From an uncultured virus (IMG/VR IMGVR_UViG_3300020049_004016) (Duplodnaviria > Heunggongvirae > Uroviricota > Caudoviricetes): 20,000 bases of DNA. The stretch lies in IMG/VR virus record IMGVR_UViG_3300020049_004016; one strand, given 5' to 3'. A program made the position numbers and the translations under genes. Shown piece after piece: positions 8,753-15,003 of this stretch. How positions within the stretch are numbered: position 1 is the first letter of the stretch; each line of letters starts with the position of its first letter. Under the pieces are notes generated by a model. It was not told the DNA's origin and made no database searches. It saw nothing but the letters and a program-made list of their open reading frames with translations.

Positions 8753-9425
8753 CTAATCTTGCCCAACTAACCGACTGAGCATATTCTGTTACTTTTTGTT
8801 TTGCGAACACATATATCTCTTTATAGTGCATGTTTTCATTCATACCTTTTCGTATCGCTGTGGAAGCTATGTTCTCAGCGACTTGTAAAAATCCTATCTG
8901 CATAAGATCTAGTGTATCTCTAAAATTACCAGAAGAACTTTTACTTTGTTCCAACATATCTAAAGCTTTATATTCCATCTTTGTTAAATTAGCATAATAC
9001 ATTTTTGCATTCACACTAGATTGATCGGTTGCATACTCTACAAAATCTTGGATAGTATCTGTCGTTTCTTTTCTAACAGCTTTGCCTTGAAGTCTTGCCG
9101 CTTTCCAATCTAGATTTGAACGTGTTTTTAATAACTCAGACTCCATCATATTGAAAGCTTCAAGAAACTTCTCTTTCCAAACCATTGCTTTCTTACCAGT
9201 AAAACCCATAACTAACATTGAGAAACCATTTCTAGTTATTACGTATTCTTGATAAGTCCTACCTTTATCATCTTGATAATCAATTTGCTCAAAATTGAGC
9301 CGATTAAATTCACTACTAGATTCTAAATTTTCTATTGCTCTGATAACATTCTTGTGAGCTTTGCCAAAATACTCAGCGATTATCCTAGAAGTGGTTGTCA
9401 TTTCTTTAGTAACTAACTCATTCAT
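8739..9425 (-). CDS. rha: Rha-family phage regulatory protein
   Basis: TTSRIIAEYFGKAHKNVIRAIE, FNRLNF, ITRNGFSMLVMGFTGKKA..WK..F.EAFN.ME. Confidence 0.92.
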   Translation of the reverse strand: MNELVTKEMTTTSRIIAEYFGKAHKNVIRAIENLESSSEFNRLNFEQIDYQDDKGRTYQEYVITRNGFSMLVMGFTGKKAMVWKEKFLEAFNMMESELLKTRSNLDWKAARLQGKAVRKETTDTIQDFVEYATDQSSVNAKMYYANLTKMEYKALDMLEQSKSSSGNFRDTLDLMQIGFLQVAENIASTAIRKGMNENMHYKEIYVFAKQKVTEYAQSVSWARLENKI

Positions 9426-9437
9426 TTTATTACTCGC

Positions 9438-9545
9438 ATAAAAAAAGCTGATCTCAATTGCCGGGTAGTAATGGCTCAGAAGTTTGCCACCGACATTTAG
9501 AGATACAGCTTTGTTTAACTACTGATTTAACGGTTACTACACCGA
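9438..9545 (-). ncRNA. structured leader RNA copy 2 (c4/CI-like attenuator)
   Basis: Same architecture as 7973-8080 with compensatory substitutions. Confidence 0.7.
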
Positions 9546-9592
9546 GGCTTAATAATAACCTCGGTTTGAAACATTTGTCAAATTTTATTTTT
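9541..9592 (-). promoter_or_regulatory. sigma70 promoter for leader RNA/rha
   Basis: AAAATAAAATTTGACA-18 bp-TATTAT; -10 enclosed by inverted repeat ACCGAGG/CCTCGGT. Confidence 0.65.
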
Positions 9593-9832
9593 CTCCTCGC
9601 ATTCTTGTAAAAACTTTTGAAATGCTTCGATAGCATCCCAATAACCATCTTGAGTCAAACTGCCTTGTTGTCTCAATTTTGCGTGCAATTCCATTTTCTC
9701 TGTATTACTCAAAAACCCACGTTCAGGCTGTGCAAGAAACTCTTGAATATCAATTTTTAGTTCTGGACACACTAGATTATGATATTGCATCTCATCTAAG
9801 CAGCTTTCTAACAAATCCCGTTCTTTAGACAT
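9578..9832 (-). CDS. MSKER/LAQPE-family modular phage protein
   Basis: MSKERDLL, FLAQPE. Confidence 0.75.
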   Translation of the reverse strand: MSKERDLLESCLDEMQYHNLVCPELKIDIQEFLAQPERGFLSNTEKMELHAKLRQQGSLTQDGYWDAIEAFQKFLQECEEKNKI

Positions 9833-9841
9833 TATAATTCC

Positions 9842-9910
9842 TTAACAAAACCAAAGCACAATAGCTACAAACACTAAAGACGTATATAGTATATTTTCAC
9901 TACTCATCAT
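9842..9910 (-). CDS. 22-aa hydrophobic peptide (MMSSENILYTSLVFVAIVLWFC)
   Basis: Starts within the conserved ATAGGGGTAGATGATGAG junction; stop abuts the next RBS. Confidence 0.45.
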   Translation of the reverse strand: MMSSENILYTSLVFVAIVLWFC

Positions 9911-10148
9911 CTACCCCTATATCGTGTGCCATTTCAATAGCTCTCCCTAGAATTGTTGGGTAACCACTATAATAATTTGTTAAATCCTCAAGGCGTTCAT
10001 TGCTCAAAGGCTGAAGTTTCTTTTCAGGTTGGGCGAGTAGCTCTATGGCTCTACCAATTAGAACATCAGCGTTACGCTGTAGACCGCCCATGCTCGTGCA
10101 TTCTAATAAGATTTTCATATCCTTTATTAACTCTCTTTCTTTAGACAT
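9900..10148 (-). CDS. MSKER/LAQPE-family modular phage protein
   Basis: MSKERELI, LLAQPE, QPLSNE, RAIEMAHDIGVDDE. Confidence 0.8.
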   Translation of the reverse strand: MSKERELIKDMKILLECTSMGGLQRNADVLIGRAIELLAQPEKKLQPLSNERLEDLTNYYSGYPTILGRAIEMAHDIGVDDE

Positions 10149-10383
10149 TTTTATTCCTCATAAAATTTACAAATTTCTCTGCGCAATTCATACACAACCA
10201 TTCGTTTTTTCTATCATAATTATTACCTGCACCATTACCTTGGTAATCCCTACTCCCTAGGTGACCTTTATAAGTTACTATCATTTCCCCCCATTTTTGT
10301 TTGTCTTTACCATTGCTTGTATCACCAATATGTCCGCAACGATCACATATACAATTTACTACCATGTGTTCTGTTTTAGACAT
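10141..10383 (-). CDS. Zn-ribbon-like hypothetical protein
   Basis: CDRC and CMNC pairs; GAGGAG RBS. Confidence 0.7.
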   Translation of the reverse strand: MSKTEHMVVNCICDRCGHIGDTSNGKDKQKWGEMIVTYKGHLGSRDYQGNGAGNNYDRKNEWLCMNCAEKFVNFMRNKNV

Positions 10384-10510
10384 TTTTCTCCTCGATCTGC
10401 TCTAATATTATTGCGATGATCTTCTCCGCGTAATGCTGGCGATCCTTGGAGCTGTTGGTCGGTTTTTGATACAGGTCGAGCAAGTTTTGTATATCTTTAG
10501 TTAGTCTCAT
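10376..10510 (-). CDS. small hypothetical protein (44 aa, MRLTKDIQNLL...)
   Basis: Manual translation; abuts the upstream stop, overlaps the downstream start. Confidence 0.6.
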   Translation of the reverse strand: MRLTKDIQNLLDLYQKPTNSSKDRQHYAEKIIAIILEQIEEKNV

Positions 10511-10780
10511 CTAATCCCCCAGTGTCATTTCGTATTGACGTTGTGCGTCTAAGAATCGTTCAGCGTCAATCTGATCGTTCTTCATTTGTTGTCTTGCTTG
10601 TTGCAGTTCGTTCAAGACCTGGATGCGTTGCATATTAGCGATCGCATGTTCAACCTCTTGCTGTTGTTCAAGCGAGCTATAACCATGGTAGCGATACCCG
10701 TAACCATAATCAGAGTCATCAACAGCATGGGCGTTTGTATGTACACACATTGTGAGTATAAGTGCGATTAGTTTTTTCAT
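10511..10780 (-). CDS. putative exported protein
   Basis: Likely start MKKLIALILTMCVHTNAHA (signal peptide); Q-rich helical body. Confidence 0.7.
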   Translation of the reverse strand: MKKLIALILTMCVHTNAHAVDDSDYGYGYRYHGYSSLEQQQEVEHAIANMQRIQVLNELQQARQQMKNDQIDAERFLDAQRQYEMTLGD

Positions 10781-11118
10781 TAGTAATCTCCTACGTCTTC
10801 TTGTGACACTTCGAGATAATCCCAAACAAGGTCTTCCAGTCTGTCATTGTTGATCAGATCCTCGATCAGAGCAGACTGCTCAGGTGTGATCTTGATCGCG
10901 TTACCATGCTCGTTATAGATCTTAGTGATAACGAGGTTCTCTACTTCAACGCTTGGTAGTTCTTCGGGTTGCCACATTGTGCCTGCGTAACCTCTGCTCG
11001 CCCAGACTTCCACTTCAAGTAAGAGTGAGGAGATCTCATCGGCAAGGTTGAGACGTTTACCGACGGTGTTGTCGATCTCTTGCTCGGTGGTCAACATGTA
11101 ATCTATTTCTATTATCAT
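10780..11118 (-). CDS. acidic hypothetical protein
   Basis: ORF track 112 aa with AAGGA RBS downstream of a promoter. Confidence 0.75.
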   Translation of the reverse strand: MIIEIDYMLTTEQEIDNTVGKRLNLADEISSLLLEVEVWASRGYAGTMWQPEELPSVEVENLVITKIYNEHGNAIKITPEQSALIEDLINNDRLEDLVWDYLEVSQEDVGDY

Positions 11119-11148
11119 TTTAGTTTTCCTTTTTAGGTTTTTTTAAGT

Positions 11149-11193
11149 CGTGTTAAGTATAAGTCAACACCTATGGTGTGTCAAATTTTTATT
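11149..11193 (-). promoter_or_regulatory. sigma70 promoter with palindromic operator
   Basis: TTGACA-17 bp-TATACT; GTGTTAA-N7-TCAACAC. Confidence 0.8.
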
Positions 11194-11390
11194 CCGTTTT
11201 TTTTTAACACGTTCGCCATAGAAAAATTAGAAGTTCTATAAAATTCAATTTCACCCAACCTTTTATCTATTTCTTTTTTATAAAAATCTATAAGGTTTTT
11301 ATAATATTTTATTTCTCCTTCACTCAATGGTTCTTGAAATCTAGCGTCGCTTTTGGTTGTATCGAAAGGTTTAAAATATCTTTCATCCAT
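11181..11390 (-). CDS. AT-rich hypothetical protein
   Basis: Likely start MDERYF at 11390 after GAGG; contains EPLSEGEI, similar to the PLSD module. Confidence 0.6.
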   Translation of the reverse strand: MDERYFKPFDTTKSDARFQEPLSEGEIKYYKNLIDFYKKEIDKRLGEIEFYRTSNFSMANVLKKNGIKI

Positions 11391-11400
11391 CTGTTTATCC

Positions 11401-12528
11401 TCAATCAAAGTCAGAGATGTCCCCAGAGACGATCTCTGCACGGGGGTCGTTTTGGTGTGCCAGGGTTGGTTTGCCTTGTGTTTTGGAGATCAGGCCGTTC
11501 AGCAGTGCGGCTTTCTTCTTGCCTAAAGCCTTTTCCGCGGCTGGGGCGGTGATTAGTTTCTTCGGTGCGAACGCTTTGTCACCCAACTCTTCAGTGAGTA
11601 TACGTTCAGCTGTTTGCTCATCTGACCATGATCGAGTCGATCTACCTACCACCAACTTGTAACCTGGGAAATCTAAACCTTCTTGAAGACGTTCGAAAGC
11701 GAGATCCTCGATCGCTTCAAGCCAGCTGATGATGAGTTTCTTATTCTCTAAAGCGAATCTTAGATCTCTGGTGGACAGTTTGTCCGGTGACTTAGGCGCT
11801 ACTGTTGCATCAGAGAAGTCGGCCAGCAGTGCGCTCTCAGTTAGATCCATGAGTTCTCGACAGGTCGCTTTGGCTTTGCAAAAACAACATTGCTTCTCTC
11901 CAGCGATGCGTGGCGCGTCAGGTAGTTCACACAGGCTTGCTCGATCTCTTACCCATTCAGCCCAACGGAGCAGAGTTGTGACATCTGTTGACCATACTGA
12001 GATGTGATCAAGGCGTGGTTGCACGATGTGGATCTCGATGGTTTCTATGTTGTATAAGAAACCAAAATCTGAGATCGCACCGAGTGCGTAGAGCTTCCCT
12101 TGAGGATTGTCGTCAGCGTCCACTCTGATACCTTTGCCGTACTTGAGGTCGATTACCTTCATGAGAGAGCCATCAATAATGATCGCATCGCTGGTACCAA
12201 ATGCGGCTGGGACCCACTCAGAGAAGTCCACTCTTTGCTCGATCATCCGTGTGCCAGGGTGAGAGTTAACGTAGTCTACGTATTCTTGCACGTAGATGCA
12301 CATCTCTTCATCGACTACCCAGCCCGACTCTGGTAGCGTGGTGTGTAGATAAGAGATCGCCTCACGATTGTTCTTAAGACAAAGCTCTGATAACTCGTGT
12401 GCAGCAGTGCCTTCGTGGGAAAATTTAGAAGACTTCTCAACTATTCCCTCTTCTGCTCTTACTGATCCAGGGCATGCAAGCCACCTGGATGCGCCCGATG
12501 CTGATAATTTTGCGTGTGCAATGCTCAT
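11401..12528 (-). CDS. DUF2800 / Cas4-like PD-(D/E)xK exonuclease
   Basis: HAKLSAS..RWLACPGS, EGTAAH, FGTSD, IDLKYGKG, Q.KLYALG, QPR, CCFCKAKATC. Confidence 0.92.
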   Translation of the reverse strand: MSIAHAKLSASGASRWLACPGSVRAEEGIVEKSSKFSHEGTAAHELSELCLKNNREAISYLHTTLPESGWVVDEEMCIYVQEYVDYVNSHPGTRMIEQRVDFSEWVPAAFGTSDAIIIDGSLMKVIDLKYGKGIRVDADDNPQGKLYALGAISDFGFLYNIETIEIHIVQPRLDHISVWSTDVTTLLRWAEWVRDRASLCELPDAPRIAGEKQCCFCKAKATCRELMDLTESALLADFSDATVAPKSPDKLSTRDLRFALENKKLIISWLEAIEDLAFERLQEGLDFPGYKLVVGRSTRSWSDEQTAERILTEELGDKAFAPKKLITAPAAEKALGKKKAALLNGLISKTQGKPTLAHQNDPRAEIVSGDISDFD

Positions 12529-12887
12529 GTTTTAGTTTCCTTTTCGAGTTCGCGTAGTCTACGCTTCTCTGCTCGGTCGTCGGCTTTCCACTGCCGGTAC
12601 CGTGCGTTACGATCGTAGGCCGCTTGCTGGAACTCGTTATACTCGATCTTCAGGTTATCCCACACGTAAAACGTATCGCTGAGTAAATTGAGTTGATGTT
12701 TAACGACCGCGCAGTCATCTTCACCGAAGATTTTTGGTTTGTACTCTGTTAAGTTCTTACAGTTACGACCCTTGGCAATAACCGTTGCGACCATCGCGAC
12801 AGCAATAGCGTCATCTTGAACGCTGTAGTTACGGATAATGATCCGTCTAGGCTCAAAGTCTGATTTTTTCTTTTCATTTTGGAACAT
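12525..12887 (-). CDS. hypothetical protein
   Basis: ORF track 120 aa; AGGAG RBS; ATGA overlap with the exonuclease gene. Confidence 0.75.
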   Translation of the reverse strand: MFQNEKKKSDFEPRRIIIRNYSVQDDAIAVAMVATVIAKGRNCKNLTEYKPKIFGEDDCAVVKHQLNLLSDTFYVWDNLKIEYNEFQQAAYDRNARYRQWKADDRAEKRRLRELEKETKT

Positions 12888-12888
12888 A

Positions 12889-13212
12889 TTATTCTCCTAT
12901 ACCGTAATACTTATCTGCAAACCGAACACCATCTCTAAAAGCAAGATCATGATAATTTTTATCTGAACTTTGATATCCTAAATCGATTTCATCATCACTC
13001 AAAGGCTCACGTTTTAATTTAAGTTTTGCTTCTGCATAACCTCTTTGATATGCTTCTTGATTCCAATATGAGTCAAGCGCATGCCGTGTTGGCTCTTGCT
13101 CAGGCTGGGCGAGTAGCCTTCTTATTTTTCCATGATTAATACTTCCAATATCAAACCGATCATCTTCATGTTGGTCTAGTATGTTTTGCAACAACTCTCT
13201 TTCTTTACTCAT
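12889..13212 (-). CDS. MSKER/LAQPE-family modular phage protein
   Basis: True start likely 13212 (GGAGG..TGATG); MSKERELL, LLAQPEQEP, REPLSDDEI, YGIGE. Confidence 0.8.
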   Translation of the reverse strand: MSKERELLQNILDQHEDDRFDIGSINHGKIRRLLAQPEQEPTRHALDSYWNQEAYQRGYAEAKLKLKREPLSDDEIDLGYQSSDKNYHDLAFRDGVRFADKYYGIGE

Positions 13213-13538
13213 CACCACCTCCAAGTTATACCGTGAGCTTTTTCTACTCTTCTTATCCATCTGATGACGTATCTGACTTGATGATCGTCCATATTTTCAA
13301 CAATCCCTTCTTTATCAAGAGCATATATAGCATCTTCTGATAAGGGTTTGGGTAGTGCAAACTCATTGACCCCTTGTCTAAACCCTTTCCCATACCATTC
13401 AATCTTTGTTTCTGCTAAAAGAGGCTCAGGTTCAGGTTGGGCGAGGAGTTCTTTAGTTTCTTCAAGTAGGCTCATATTAGAACCACGCCACATACACTCA
13501 ACTAACCACTTCTTAAGTAACTCTCTTTCTTTACTCAT
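13212..13538 (-). CDS. MSKER/LAQPE-family modular phage protein
   Basis: MSKERELL, LLAQPEPEP, KPLSED, VEKAHGI. Confidence 0.8.
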   Translation of the reverse strand: MSKERELLKKWLVECMWRGSNMSLLEETKELLAQPEPEPLLAETKIEWYGKGFRQGVNEFALPKPLSEDAIYALDKEGIVENMDDHQVRYVIRWIRRVEKAHGITWRW

Positions 13539-13698
13539 AACTACCCCTATTTTCCTTTCTCCAACGCCTTAAATCTCTCTTTTCGATAAAGTCATCGTAG
13601 ACAAACCCAGAAAACCAAATTACACAACAGACTACCAGCACAGCAAAAGCTGTAATCAAAACACAGCCCATAATTTGTACATAAAAACCACTTGTCAT
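13531..13698 (-). CDS. small membrane protein
   Basis: Likely start MTSGFY at 13698 (ATGA overlap, AGGAG RBS); one TM helix. Confidence 0.6.
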   Translation of the reverse strand: MTSGFYVQIMGCVLITAFAVLVVCCVIWFSGFVYDDFIEKRDLRRWRKENRGSYE

Positions 13699-13883
13699 CG
13701 TCGTTCTCCTGCGAACTTGCGTTGTAAGATTTTGGAGCATCTGACATGCGCACCACGTACACCTCTGGCCGTTTGGCAGATGGGGCACATAGACGTGTTA
13801 CTCATACCCGTATTGTTCTTGTTTCTTTCCTGCGCTAGCAGGTTGCCTTCCATTCTGTAGATCGTCTCACCGAATCTGTTCAT
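13695..13883 (-). CDS. hypothetical protein with CxxC...HxxC motif
   Basis: CPIC and HVRC; purine-rich RBS. Confidence 0.65.
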   Translation of the reverse strand: MNRFGETIYRMEGNLLAQERNKNNTGMSNTSMCPICQTARGVRGAHVRCSKILQRKFAGERR

Positions 13884-13901
13884 AGTGTTCCCCTATGATC
13901 G

Positions 13902-14312
13902 TTATAGTGCGCTTAAGCGCTCTTTAAGTTCCTCAAGATGTACATCCGCGACTTTGGCGAGGTGTGTAGCACCGTTGTACTCACTGATGATTTTTACAAT
14001 GTGAGGCTTTAATGTACGGTCTTTTACGATCTTGGACGAGCAGATCTCTTGCAACTCAACACGAAGCTGCGCAGGGTCGTTGACTTCCTTCTTCAAGTCT
14101 GCCACTGTTAAAGGCTCGCATGTTGGAGCGGGTTGCTCGACTTCGATCTTTGCCTTCGCTTTCTTAGGCTCAGGTTGAGCGGTTTGTTTCAACGATTCTT
14201 CAACTTGCGACAGATCGGGTCTCACCCCGTTGCTGTAGTTGAGCAGAGTGATCGCCAAGGTGAGTTGACCGATGCTTTCGTTTAGGGTTTTAATGCTTTC
14301 TTCTAGTGACAT
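13902..14312 (-). CDS. hypothetical phage protein
   Basis: ORF track 136 aa; AAGGA RBS downstream of a promoter. Confidence 0.75.
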   Translation of the reverse strand: MSLEESIKTLNESIGQLTLAITLLNYSNGVRPDLSQVEESLKQTAQPEPKKAKAKIEVEQPAPTCEPLTVADLKKEVNDPAQLRVELQEICSSKIVKDRTLKPHIVKIISEYNGATHLAKVADVHLEELKERLSAL

Positions 14313-14363
14313 TTGATTGTTTCCTTTTAGTTGACAGTGTTCCGTGGAACATATTTTGTTTTG

Positions 14364-14410
14364 ACGGTGTTAAGCATATGTCAACACCGTTGGCGTGTCA
14401 AACTTTATTT
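14364..14410 (-). promoter_or_regulatory. sigma70 promoter with palindromic operator
   Basis: TTGACA-17 bp-TATGCT; inverted repeat ACGGTGTT-N11-AACACCGT. Confidence 0.8.
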
Positions 14411-14418
14411 TGTGTTTT

Positions 14419-14694
14419 TCATCCTGCGTTATAAGACGCGAGGATTATTTTTTGAGTTGGGTTGTTTGAAGTGCCGAGCAGTGTGACTTGCACTTGGTCT
14501 GGCGAGTTCGCCCACACAGCTGCGCCTGGGTAACGGTGATCCTCTTCCCAGTGGTCTGTCGCATTTATTGTAAGTGTTGACCCTAAATAAGGGTGTATTT
14601 GTTTGGCACTTTCTTCGTCAGGTGCACAGACGACCATGGAGTCGTAGGTGTCGTAGTCGTCATTTACGTTTTGTTCTAGTAGATAAATGTTCAT
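14419..14694 (-). CDS. hypothetical phage protein
   Basis: ORF track 91 aa (YDTYDSMVVCAPDEE..HP pattern). Confidence 0.7.
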   Translation of the reverse strand: MNIYLLEQNVNDDYDTYDSMVVCAPDEESAKQIHPYLGSTLTINATDHWEEDHRYPGAAVWANSPDQVQVTLLGTSNNPTQKIILASYNAG

Positions 14695-14735
14695 AGTTTT
14701 TAATTTGGAATTAGTTGTTGTGATTAGAGGTTGTT

Positions 14736-14756
14736 ATGTTAAGCTATGCTCAACAT
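14736..14756. promoter_or_regulatory. operator palindrome in the divergent control region
   Basis: ATGTTAA-gctatgc-TCAACAT; same consensus as three leftward promoters; contains TATGCT on the + strand. Confidence 0.65.
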
Positions 14757-14781
14757 TAACACAAGCGGAGATTTAAAGAAG

Positions 14782-15003
14782 ATGATTATTGATGAGATTA
14801 TAGTGTATTTCGGTTCACGGGCGAAGCTCGCCAGGCTGCTGCAGGTGGATCGTTCGGCAGTGACGATGTGGGTTAACAAAGACCGCGCTATACCACCTAA
14901 GCGTGCGATCGAGATCGAGGTGCTCAGTGAGGGTAAGTTTTTAGCGAAAGATATCGTATTAGAGTGGTGGAGAGCGGGTGATCGTGATGACTCGGCTGTA
15001 TAA
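14782..15003 (+). CDS. Cro/YdaS-like HTH transcriptional regulator
   Basis: YFGSRAKLARLLQVDRSAVTMW..IPPKRAIEIEVLSEGK; start 14782 after GGAG. Confidence 0.85.
   Translation: MIIDEIIVYFGSRAKLARLLQVDRSAVTMWVNKDRAIPPKRAIEIEVLSEGKFLAKDIVLEWWRAGDRDDSAV

Noticed and set aside
9454..9648. 64-aa minus-strand ORF
   Set aside because: It runs across the promoter and the structured RNA and has no counterpart in the paralogous element.
11401..12528. CRISPR-Cas system suggested by the Cas4-like gene
   Set aside because: No repeat-spacer array or other cas genes; this exonuclease is a normal part of such phage replication modules.
6..13860. Plus-strand ORFs in the leftward block
   Set aside because: They are antisense shadows of well-supported minus-strand genes and show no recognisable motifs.
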